Shown here one piece after another: positions 1 to 10,946 of a DNA stretch of 64,000 bases. A program made the translations under genes and the position numbers. This DNA is from Camelus ferus (Eukaryota), in NCBI RefSeq assembly GCF_009834535.1, contig NC_045697.1:117182001-117246000 (forward strand). Reading direction: 5' to 3'. Each line of letters starts with the position of its first letter. Position 1 is the stretch's first letter. Below the pieces are notes generated by a model. The model was not told the DNA's origin. It ran no database searches and was given only the letters and a program-made list of their open reading frames with translations.

Positions 1-1320
1 GAACCATTTGTCCTCCCTCTGAGCTCCAGGTGGAGGGGGCTTTTGTCCCGTGTTTGCAGTCTGAGTGTAGCGTGGGAGAATTTCCACTGGGTCTTGTATT
101 CTTTCTTCTAAGATTCTGGCAAATATCCTCTCCCGGGATTTAAGACATGTCTTTTTATGAAGAGAATAAATTTTGGGCTTCTAATCATTAGTACATTTCT
201 GTAAGGATGCTGGAAAATGTCATAATGTGACATGTTGTGCTTCTGCTGAAATCCTGCCTCTTATGTGAAACCACCTACACTATCTTCCCATCTGTCTGTC
301 TAAGTATCTGTCTATCCATCTGTCTATTTTTTTCATTTTTGCCCAAAGTGCCTATTTTTTCTCTTAGTCTACTTCTTTCCAAATTCGAGTATGATCATGG
401 AAATTCTCAAAGCTGTGTCCCTCAGTCACACATCTTATTTCTTGGTATTAATTCTGAGAGAGGTACTTTTGTGCATTTGTATGTATGTGTGTATATGAGT
501 GTGTATTAGGGGCATGGTATGGAGGCTGGCTTAGGGTATCAAAATCTTTATTTTTTTTATTTTTTTGAAATGAAGTTGTATCCTTTCCTTCTTGCTTATC
601 ACTATGATTTCCCCTCTTTTATGATTTGTTGCTTTATATTCATTTTATGAGGCATTGGGAGCAATAATTCTGATCTGACTTCTCTCCACTGTCTTTCTTA
701 CTCTCCAGTATGTTTCTCAGACTTTTGTATATGAACTCAATGATGACAGGAATGAAATCTATATTCCTTTTATGACTTCCCTAGTAGAATACTGTGGCTT
801 CCCCCTACCCCACATAGCGCTCTCTAGCTATAGAAATGGGAAAGTTAGCATTATACCCATGGGGGTTTTTGTTGTTGATTATTCAATCATTTCATACCCT
901 CCTTCTTAGCACCATGGTAATATATTCCACAAAGGCAGAAGCTCTGAGATTGGCAGGGATTCAGTAAGGAATATCCTCCAGCATCCTGAAATATAAACTA
1001 GGTGAAAACTGAATACAAAGATGAGGAAATGAGACTATCTTCTCCTTTATAATTGGGAGATATGAATTATTAAGACCTCAGCTGAGACAGAAAGACAAAC
1101 TAAGTCCTTTCAGTATATCAAGCATTTTCTTTCTTTCATTTATTAATATGACTAGTGCAGAACCAACACCATGTAGATAAATAGGTAAAAAAAAAAAAAA
1201 AAAAAGGCCATCTAGAAAGAGTGATCTTTGGGCATCTGGAATCGGTTTCCATGCCACGCTTTATTTGTAGTATGACTTAAGGTCAAGTGAACCAAACTAA
1301 CATTTAAAGTAAATGGTGGG

Positions 1321-1475
1321 AAATAGATACACGGTCTTGTGGTGGCTCACAGTGAAAAAGAATGTGACAATGAATATATGTATGTTCATGTATAACTGAA
1401 AAATTGTGCTCTACACTGGAAATTGATACAATATTGTAAACTGACTGTAACTCAATAAAAAAAAATTTTAAAAAT
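1321..1475 (+). mobile_element. Short 5'-truncated L1 3' end (camelid-type)
   Basis: L1 3'UTR motif 'ctacactggaaattgatacaatattgtaaactgactgtaactcaataaaaaa'. Flanked by imperfect TSD aaagtaaatggtggg (1306-1320) / aaaggaaatggtagg (1476-1490). Confidence 0.85.
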
Positions 1476-1490
1476 AAAGGAAATGGTAGG

Positions 1491-2027
1491 CTTTCAACTT
1501 TTCACCACTATAATGCTGGCTGTGGGTTTGTCATAAATAGCTTTTATTATGTTGAGATATGTTCCCTCTATATTCACTTTGGTTAGAGTTTTATCATAAA
1601 TGGGTGTTGAATTTTATCAGATGTTTTTCTTGAACCTATTGAGATGATCACATGGTTTTTGACCTTTCTCTTGTTAATGTGGTGTATCGCATTGGTTGAT
1701 TTGCGTGTGTTGAACCATCCTTGTCTCTGGGATGGACCCAACTTGGTCACGGTGTGTGACCTTTTTTATGTGTTGTTGGATTCTGTTTACTAATATTTTG
1801 TTAAGGAGTTTTGCATGTATGTTCATCAATGATATTGGCCTATAGACTTCTTTTTTTGTAGCATCTTTGTCTGGCTTTGGTATCAGGGTGATGTTGGCTT
1901 CATGGACTGAGTTTGGGAATGTTCCCTACTTGTCAATCTTTTGGAAGAGTTTGAGAAGGACCAGTGTGAGCTCTCCTTTGTATGTTCGATAGAACCCCTA
2001 GTGAAGCCATCTGGTCCTGGACTTTTG
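1491..2027 (-). mobile_element. L1 ORF2 (reverse transcriptase region) fragment
   Basis: Typical antisense L1 ORF2 text: 'ggctgtgggtttgtcataaatagc', 'tttggtatcagggtgatgttggcttcat', 'gtgaagccatctggtcctggactttt'. Confidence 0.9.
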
Positions 2028-3149
2028 GAATGGTTTCTAGCTGTAGGGCTTATAGTTACCTTCAGACATGATCACTTTTGATTCACTAAGAAATGTTAAC
2101 TCCATAGGAGAAAACTGTCATTTCTTCAAAACAAAACTTCTTTGCAGCTGTTTTTTAAAAAAAGTGTGAAGTTGTCAAATGCTGTAAAATAATAAACTTC
2201 TCATTTATTATACATTCTTTTTCCTTCTCTGCAGAACAGTAGACTGGCATGATGGTTGAATAATGGAGCCACAGCAGATGTGCTCAAAGTCATTCTCTGA
2301 AAAATGGCTATGTGGTGGAGAATAACACTTCACTGTCCAAAAATACGATTGGGGAGGGGCAGTGTTTTACCCAGAGGGCAATTAAGCAGCAAGAATGATT
2401 CTCAAGTGATTATTTTTTTCTACTTCAATGAACCCTTTAACACTGTTTACCAAATCCACGTATTGATAAAATCTCTGAAGCATCATTCCGCTTTGTGCTA
2501 TAGTTCAACCTTAGATTTTTTCCATATGCTATAATGCATACATAGAGGGGCAACTCACATCTCCGGGTGACAGCTGACCGGGAAGGCTGCCTCCGTGGCA
2601 GATAATAATATTTATGGCAGCAAGAAGATTAAAAATGGAAGAAATTTATTTTAACAATACTTTCAAGCATTCAAAATACTGAGGAAGAAGGTTCTAGGAG
2701 ATTTTGTTGTTGCTGTTACCTTGATTTCACTCCCGTTGTCAACCAATTTCTTACATGCAGACATCGAACGCTTTTTAAACTTTCCTTTTGTCTAAAAGTA
2801 AGACAAAATATAATTTGCCTATTTATACAATTAAGCGTGAAAATATTTTCCTTCATAATAAAAATAATGCATTTCATTTTAGATGCATCTTTGAGGAAAA
2901 CGAGGCCTTAGAAGAGCAATTTTATGGAATATTTGAAGAAATGGCATATTGAGAAAGGTTAATTCGTTAGTTCTTGAGAGTATTTTCCTTGTGTAAGGCT
3001 ACAAGCTGTTTAGAAGGCTATCCAGAAGTGTGTTATTGATCTGGAAACTTTTATTTCTTATTTATTTTATATATTATAATATGCACATATATGAGGCCAT
3101 CCTGCGTAACCTTTTAAACCTTTATCCTCACCGCTCTTGTCATTAACCA

Positions 3150-3910
3150 CATGCAGAATGCTGATTATGCGGTCATGTGCCAGGCAGGCACTACACTAAG
3201 GCGTTTGCGACTGGCAGCGCGTTTGCTCGCTGTGACGGTCAGAGGCCACGGGTGTTACCACTGCTGTCTAAATCCGACCTGCACAACCAAGCCCAGAAAA
3301 GTGAAGCCCCTTGCGCGGTGGCGCGGGAACCTCCAGAAAGCAGAGCCTGGGACACGGGCTCGTGCGCACGTCGTTTGTGAAGGAAGCGAACTTAGGAAGC
3401 AAGAGCAGGGCTGAGGCGAGGGAGACAAAGAGGGGCTCCGGAGCGAGGGTGCGGCGCTGAGCCGCGGACCCCCGCGGGCTTCCCGCACGGATGCGCCAGG
3501 ACCCTGCGCCGAGCTGGCCGCCGGAGGGTCCAGGGGAGGATTAATTGATCCGCTCGCTCTGTTCGCCGTTCCTTGAGGTCTGGCCCTTAGGACATCAGCG
3601 CTGCACACGCGCGTGGCGCTTGCACGTGGATCCAGCTGCCTTTCCCAGGGTCCCGTCCTCCCCATTGGAGAGCCCGATGCTCACACACGGTGCGCACTTC
3701 ACTGTGGTCACCAGGAGAATGAGGTCAGAGCCGCCCACTCCCGCGGGGGGGTCAGAGCTCGGGGTCAGCGTGGAAGGGACGTTCGGGGTCCAGCCCTGCT
3801 TCTCTGGGGCCCACTCCTCACGTGCGCGAGTGACGCGCTCGCAGGGATGCTGATGCGGGAGGCCAGCGGGTGGAGCGCTTGTCCCCGCGACTCCTGCTTG
3901 TCCAGGGTCA
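3150..3910. promoter_or_regulatory. CpG-island-like GC-rich segment (orphan; no linked gene recognised)
   Basis: Dense CpGs. Line 3421-3480 is 46/60 G+C by hand count, against AT-rich flanks. CACGTG E-boxes at 3623-3628 and 3819-3824. Confidence 0.7.
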
Positions 3911-3934
3911 CACCTAGTATTCCCGCTCCTGTTT

Positions 3935-4350
3935 ATTGTCATCTATTATACTGTAATATTAAAATATTATGATATAACGTACTCTACATACAATACATAG
4001 TAGTTATATACTATGTATTATGCATAATGTATAGTATATGAAATTATTTTATAATAAATATTAATTATAAAATGCGTTATTATACACAACTCATATTATA
4101 TAACTATAATATTGCAATTATATTATATGATTATTTAAATTATTTATTTCATAAATAAAATAATATTAATGTTATTATATCATAATTACATTAATATACA
4201 ATTATAAATTATTGTATAATGCATTATATATTAAATATGTAGTATTCATATTTTACATACTATGTATAATGTATAGTATTTATAATTTATATGTGAATTA
4301 TAATATCTTAATTTATAATATTGATAGTGTTAATTAATTTATTATCATTA
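3935..4350. repeat. AT-rich low-complexity tract
   Basis: TA/ATT-rich degenerate simple sequence. Line 4141-4200 has only 5/60 G+C. Confidence 0.9.
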
Positions 4351-5165
4351 TTTTTAATTTTTTTTCTTTTTTTAGTGGTAGGAGGTAATCAAATTTATTT
4401 ATTTGCTGGGAAACAAGCTGCTGGAAAACAAGCCGCATCTAAATTTCCATGAGCTTAAAATATGATATTCGCGCTTGCTTGAAATGCACATGCTTGCTTT
4501 GTTTTGATGTTTTATGCAGTAGATGACCTATAGCATGTATTATGCTAAAGAAAATTTGTGAGGGGCAATCCTGAGATTGACCATAAGAGCACAAAGCAGG
4601 GCAGATATTTCCTTAGGGTGAACAGTGGATGGTCCTGGAAAGCCAGATCATCCATTAACAGAACTTGGTTCTCTCAGGAAAGCACTCGGTTAAGCCCAGG
4701 GGAAACATTTGCTATCTCGAGATGTCCCGGAGGCAGTAACAGGATAGACTTGGAAATTTTGCATCCCCTGAGGAGGGTGATTGTTCCTGCAAGGGATAGG
4801 CTTCAAATTAATCAGTTAACCAGCAAGCAGAACTTAGTGCTTATCACATGGAATGTCTAAAGCCCCACCACTTCGATTGCATTTTTTTCTGAGCCGTGTA
4901 CTCCTAATAAATGTGATGTCGACTAGGCTTTCAGGACTCCAGATCCACGAGATCTTGAGCCCCCTGGTCCCATCTTTGCTCCTTACTTTGTCTCTTTGTT
5001 TCTTAAGTCTTGTGTCACCCGTCCTCAGACACGGTCCTGAGCTGCACTGGATGCAGCATTTGTTTATTTTAATTGTCTTTTTTTTTTAAACAGAGGTACT
5101 GGGGATTGAACCCAGGACCTCATGTATGCTATGCATGCACTCTGCCACTGAGCTCTACCCTCCCC
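4350..5165 (-). mobile_element. tRNA-derived camelid SINE (Vic-1-like), split by the LTR
   Basis: Head at 5093-5165 'gaggtactggggattgaacccaggacctcatg...ccactgagctctaccctcccc'. Tail piece 'ggaggtaatcaaatttattt' at 4381-4400 matches the tail of the intact copy at 33257. Confidence 0.85.
4404..5058 (+). mobile_element. Solo LTR (655 bp), probably ERVK/betaretrovirus-class, inserted in a SINE tail
   Basis: Inverted termini TGCTG...CAGCA, AATAAA at 4906-4911, 6-bp near-TSD tttatt (4398-4403) / tttgtt (5059-5064). Confidence 0.8.
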
Positions 5166-6349
5166 ACTATTACCATTATTTTAAATTAAATTCCCTCTTC
5201 TAATTTCCCTCTTCTTTTACCACTCATTCTATATTTTCCTCACATTTGGGCATCAGGTCAGCGGTGCTGATGTTTGCCTGACTGATGGACCTGTGCCTCG
5301 AGACAAAGGCTTTGAAGCAGTAATCATCCTGCCCTTACTGGGCTGAGATTGAATACAATTGACCAATTACTATTATAATGGGTGAGGGAGTGTCAAAAAC
5401 ATCTTTGTGGACCCGGGATTCCAGACGCACCCTTCTCTGCCCTCTTCTCTGTCAGCAGATTACCTACCTCCTAGTATAATCATTCCTTTTTTATTCTTTC
5501 TGCTCCCCTGGCCAAAAAACAGACAAACAAATGAAAACGAAAGCAGTTCATCCAGTTACAGCTGCCTGACTCCTTCTAGGTAATGTAGTTTATGGTACAA
5601 TGTGGGACCCATGTAGTTCCTGCTTTTCCATAAAGCGATCCCCTTGGTCTAGACAGTGTGTATGAGTAACGTGTCCAGAGATCAAAGATTCTGTGATGCT
5701 GGAACCAGCCGTGACCCTGCAGCCAGGAAAGAGAAATCTACATCAGTCAGTGTCAGCTCCTGCGGAGATGAATCACTGTCTCTCCCAGGGCAGAAGAGGC
5801 TCAGTGCAGTCCACTTGCATTTGCCTCTGATGCTAGCAAGCCGGGCATCCAACAGTGGTACTTAAGTTGACTGTGGTGAGAGGGAGCCATGAGGTTGACC
5901 TCACAACACCGTGGTCATTCTATTTGTGGCCCTTTCTCCCATGTAGTGGGATTGTTAAGGACAGAGATGCACTGATGACCATAGGATAAGTCACCCCACC
6001 TCCCTGGTTGTAGACTTTCCCCTGTGTTGGAGGCTCTCTGGTTTGTTAACAGAAGACTCGTCAGTCTTCATACTTATTGCTACTTCCATAAATTCCTCCA
6101 CATACCCTTTGCCAGAATTTGTTGTCTCTGATCTCTTAATTATATTTCTTTCATCTCTGATTAAGCAGCCAAGCCATCCATCATTGTCTAGAATTCCATG
6201 CCTGTGCAAATCCTAGTGACTCCTCTCTCCAAACAAATTAACCAATCAAATGTGCTCCCTGCAACTTTGCCGGTGGTAGGATCTCTCCTCACTTCTTTCC
6301 TTTTCGACCCCACATGAGTAATGCTCTCTTGCAGCAGCAATCCATTTTC

Positions 6350-6799
6350 TTTCTTTTTTTTTTTTTTTAATTCAATTCTAGTCAGTTTACAATGTGTCAA
6401 TTTCTGGTGTACAGCATCATGTCTCAGTTGTACATATACAGACATATATTCCCTTTTATAGTCTTTTTCATTATAGGCTATTACAAGGTATCAAATATAG
6501 TTCCCTGTGCTACACAAAAGAAACTTATTGAATATCTATTATATATACAGTAGTTAGTACCTAAAAATCTCCCAGTTTAATCCCTTCCCACTCCCTTTCC
6601 CTGCTGGTAACCATAAATTTGTTTTCTATGTCTGTGAGTCTATTTCTGCTTTGTAAATAAGTTAATTTGTATCTTTTTTTAGATTCTGCATATAAGTGAC
6701 ATCATATGGTATTTGTCTTTCTCTGTCTGACTTACTTTACTTGGTACGACAATCTCCAGGTCCAACCATGGTGTTGTAAATGGCACTGTTTAATTCTTT
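6350..6799 (-). mobile_element. L1 3' end, 5'-truncated
   Basis: Poly(T) followed by antisense L1 3'UTR. Perfect 14-bp TSD agcaatccattttc at 6336-6349 and 6800-6813. Confidence 0.95.
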
Positions 6800-6839
6800 A
6801 GCAATCCATTTTCAATTGACATTCACATCTTGAAGCAAT

Positions 6840-7410
6840 ATACCTTCAAATGAGGTTTTCCCTCTTCTGTAAGATGGTGGTAGAGACCACTCTCCCATGA
6901 GATCGTAAGTGTGAGATAAGGGACATGCTTCAGTGCAAGAGAGAATCTGGCCACACAGTCCTCTAACTCACTTGTACCCTATAACCTTACTTGTATTCTA
7001 TGGACCTCAGATGTGATCCCAAACATACTGTTTCCATTGTATCATGGATTGTGTAGCACAGCTCAACTCTATTACTCAGTGACTCTGACAATAGGTGATC
7101 CAAGATGGATGGTTCCAATCAAAGAGCCATATATTCTTCCATGACAAGGCACATTTTCAAGTCAGTCTTCTGTCACAGGTCTGGCCTTGATCCAGAACCC
7201 TACAGTTCTGTAATAACACTTGTTGGTAATTTCCGGAGACTCCACACAGCATCCTTTCCACCATTGATGCATCTAACGTCATTAGGTCTGCTGGGTCCTC
7301 GGATTTGGGTGGCTGGGTAGCTTTCTCTACAGCCTGGGACCAGCGGCAGACCCCTCTCTTTTTCCTGGCCTCACTTGAAATCGACAGCCCTACAAATCCC
7401 ATGAAAACAG
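6840..7410 (-). mobile_element. Degraded ERVL internal (pol) fragment
   Basis: Minus ORF 7157-7402 contains QAVEKATQPPKSEDPADLMTLDASMVER, resembling recalled ERVL/MaLR-type Pol QAAVQAALPLGPYDPADPMVLEVSVADR. The DNA also aligns by eye ('ggccttgatccagaacccta', 'gactccacacagcatcc'). Boundaries approximate. Confidence 0.65.
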
Positions 7411-9499
7411 ATAGGCGAAATTTTTCTCCATCTTAGTATATGTGCCTCCGAAACCCAAAGGCGCTACCAAGTGTTGTAACACCTGGAGACCTGGCGGTAT
7501 GGAGGAAGGTGTAACTGCTTGTCTCTTTCCTGAGATGGGATACCCGGCTCGCCACAGATCAGGGTGTTACCAGAAGCGTTATATACGCGACAGGCTCCTG
7601 ACTCTGTGTAGTTTTCTCTTCTCCCCAGCATGCGTGTGTTTTAAAAGTGGTCCTAGCACTTGCCACCGTCTAGCCGTCTGGTCTGTCTCACGTTATGCTG
7701 TAATATAACAGACAAATGTGGTCTCTGAAAGATGGTTAAGATCGTAAAATCACTATATTGTAAGTATTGGATATTTCTTTCCTCTCCCATTTGGTGTCTA
7801 ACAAAATATTATTGGATTTTAAAATAGAGGGTTTCTTTCAACTGTTAAATTATTCTCTCCCAGTGAATTATAAATTCCTTGAGCCCAAGAGAACATACAC
7901 ATTTTAGTCCTTATACAGCCCCAGATATTAGTAAAATGTCTTGCTTATCATAGTTGATAGGAAAATGGTGGGTTGAATTGAGTAAAACTCACTCAGTGCT
8001 TATGAAGATAATAATTAAAATATATGATCTGGAGAAGTGTTAGGTTGAGTTTATTAAGGGGAAAATAGAATAATACATGCATCAAGAGTGAGAGAGAATG
8101 AGGAAATAAAGAAACATTTTTAATGTGCCTGTTGTGTGCCGCCTGCCCTGCCCCGTCTGGTACAGGGTCTGCAGTGCGGTCCTCTTGCTCGGGAGCAAAC
8201 ATCATCACTGAGATTCCTAAGTAAGCCGAGGACATTTAGGCACAGCGAAGAATCAGCCCTTGATAATTTCCTACTGGCACTAGAAAAATACGGGGCATGA
8301 TTTTCAAGTGTATTTTCAGCCAGTTACGTGGCTTTACCATGGAAACAGCATAATTTAATGAAATGTTTTTAGAAATAAAATCATCCTGGAATTATTTCCA
8401 CATAAAATACTGATGATTTGCTCTCTATTTCAACAGCTGCTACAGTTCTTTTCAGAAATTCCCATACTGTATGCTCCAGAAATCCTTTCCTACAGTCTTC
8501 ACTCATTTCCTGGAACTGGCTTTACATTGCTGCCATGTGGCACTTCACAGCATCTGTTTAAATGAGGGACCATTCACATCCTTGGATCTGAACGGTCCCG
8601 GTCTTTCCTCTGCAGGAGAATTGCTGGAGTCAAGATAACAAACAAATTCTGGTAGGTATTCAATAACAAATATTTTGTTTCTTAGGCCAAAATGTCTCAA
8701 TTCTCTCCCAAGTATATTCAGCATGTAACTTTAAATCATATTAATGTAAATCAAGTAAGACAACTAAACTTTCTTCTAATTGAGTGGCTACTGATCCAGC
8801 TTGACTCTTGGGGTGTAAATATATTTATATTGGAGCATACTCAGTTACAATGTGTCAATTTCTGGTGTATATGTTTTTTAATTGAAGTACATTTGATTTA
8901 CAATGTGTTCATTTCTGGTGTACAGCATAGTGATTATATCCTTATTAGGAAACATTCCAAGTATTCAAAAAACTATTGAAAAGGTATTTTTAAAATATAT
9001 CTTAAAAGTCTTAAAATTTTATCATTTCTTTAAATCCATATATCCACATACCTGTTACATTCAAGATATGGCTTCAGTATCATCTCTGTGCCCATTTCTC
9101 TGCCATTCTCCCCACAGGTAAATTTATACTCAATTATTATTGCCATACTGTGTGTGCGTGTATGTGTGTGTGTGTGTGTGTGTGTATAAATCATTCTGTG
9201 AGTTGTAGGACTTTGACATTTCACATGATGGATTATGCAGGTTATGGATTTCGGGAAGCATACCACAGAAATAAAATGCTTTTCTCATCTCATCACACAG
9301 GGAGGTGGGGGGACATGATTTCCTCTCAATTTCTCTCTAGTGATGTTAATTTTGATCATTTACTTAAGGAGGTGTCTGCCCAGGGTCTCTAAAGATACCA
9401 TCTTCCCCTTTCCACACTCTGTTCTCTGGAAGTGACTCGCGAAGTCTAGACCGAATGGAGAGTTAAGTTTCCTTCCAACATCCTCATCTTTTTGTGATA

Positions 9500-10224
9500 A
9501 AAGTTGATGATGAACTACAACCACTCGATACCAACAACCTATTTGTGACCTAGTCATTTCCTGAATAAAGTTTTTGGTCACCCTTGCAGGAAAGGAACAT
9601 ACCAGCTCAGGGGCTTGCTGAGGACAAAAGGAATCTGCAATTAGTAGGGGAAGAAGACGTTCTAAATATCTGCAACTCCCACATGATTAGTTACAGAAAT
9701 AAGGGAAGCATTTTTTATGAGTGCTTCTTGCTTATGTTGAAAAGAATATCTTTGTATAAATGTGTGCATTATATATTTGTTGTATTAATGGAGATTAGAT
9801 ATAGATAGATAGTTAAATAAGTAACTTCTGTGGTACCACCTGATCTGGCAGTAGGTTGAATTTGAGGATATGAACCCGGGATATGGAGGGCTGACTACAA
9901 AGTTATATAGGATTTTCAACTGCACGGAGTTGGTGCCCCTAATCCACATTGTCCAAGAGTCATCTGTGTACATACATATCAACTTTATCAACATTACATT
10001 AGAGGGTATCAAAGAGGGACTGAGGCTCAGCTAGCAGAGGAATAAATATCATTTAAAGGTGGACAAAGTGACATGGGACTTCGTATTATTTTAGGGTGAA
10101 ATCTAGCTGTTTTCTATTGCAGAAGGGATTGCTGCACAGATGGAAGCAAAGTTGTAGATCTGCTTGCAAATTAAGTGTGTTCTAATGTGTGATGTGTGGA
10201 TGCCAAATTTGTAAAGAAAATGAC
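9500..10224 (+). mobile_element. ERVL internal 3' end (integrase C-terminus/3'UTR) leading into LTR
   Basis: 'tttttggtcacccttgcaggaaaggaacataccagctcaggggcttgctgaggacaaaaggaat...agttacagaaataaggga' resembles the end of ERVL pol. 'gatgtgtggatgccaaatttgtaaagaaaatgac' resembles the PPT region immediately before the LTR. Confidence 0.65.
9815..9968 (-). mobile_element. MER8/Tigger2-family DNA transposon fossil
   Basis: 'ggattttcaactgcacggagttggtgcccctaatccacattgtccaagagtcatctg' matches the Tigger2/MER8 terminal sequence (...GTTCAAGGGTCAACTG). Confidence 0.7.
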
Positions 10225-10946
10225 TGGGATGAGTTCATACTTTGTCAGTGTAGCTAAGCTGGGACCGTCTTTGCTAGACTTCTCTTCTCTCTATGGGTCC
10301 AGGCTCACATCCATCGCAAGTAAATTCAGGTGAGATTTGGGAGGCAGAAGTGAGGCAGCAGGCTGGAACCTGGAGCCAGGCTCCCACAGCTCCTGGAAGA
10401 CTGCAGCTGGAGGCTTACCTTGTGGCTGTGGGCAGCATCCTGGCCCTTTATTCTCCCGCTTTTGCCAGATCTCCTTCCTCATCTGGGCCAAGCACTTGGT
10501 GGAAGCCACTAGCTTCTTGTGCATGTCACCCATGTCACTGAGGTTAGATGCTGTCAGAGAAAGCTAAGTTTTAGTTTGTCTTCACAGGTTGCAGTTTTTC
10601 ATCCCGATCCCAGTTTGTCTCTATGGGTTCTAGGTTACCCTTGAACCTATTACTGTCCAGTCACTGTTGGTTCTTGCTTTCTCTTGCTTCCTGTCCAGCT
10701 ATCTGGTCAACTACTGCCCTATGGACACAGCAATTTCAGGCCCCACTGTTGACTCACAGGCAACCACCTTCCACCCACTTCCTCACTTGCTCCTCTCCAA
10801 GCCCCTTTGTAATGACTTTTCTTTGGTCATCTGACTGTTTTACTTTCCTGGCTCCCCCTACAGTTTTGCAAGGTGCAGCTGTTGTAATAAACTTCTTGTT
10901 GCCTAGTCCTCACATTGGTTCTGCTTCTTCGGCCCTAATTAATACA
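10225..10946 (+). mobile_element. ERVL LTR (LTR41-like)
   Basis: Starts TG..'tgtcagtgtagctaagctggga', contains 'gtgagatttgggaggcagaagtgaggcagcag' and AATAAA near 10885, ends 'ggttctgcttct...taataca'. Confidence 0.7.

Noticed and set aside
3151..3972. Seven overlapping ORFs of 67-136 aa in the CpG island
   Set aside because: Expected from stop-codon scarcity in GC-rich DNA. No recognisable protein similarity.
5870..6300. Possible ERVL integrase fragment (SETTNSGKG vs GIDTYSGYG)
   Set aside because: Similarity too weak to support by eye.
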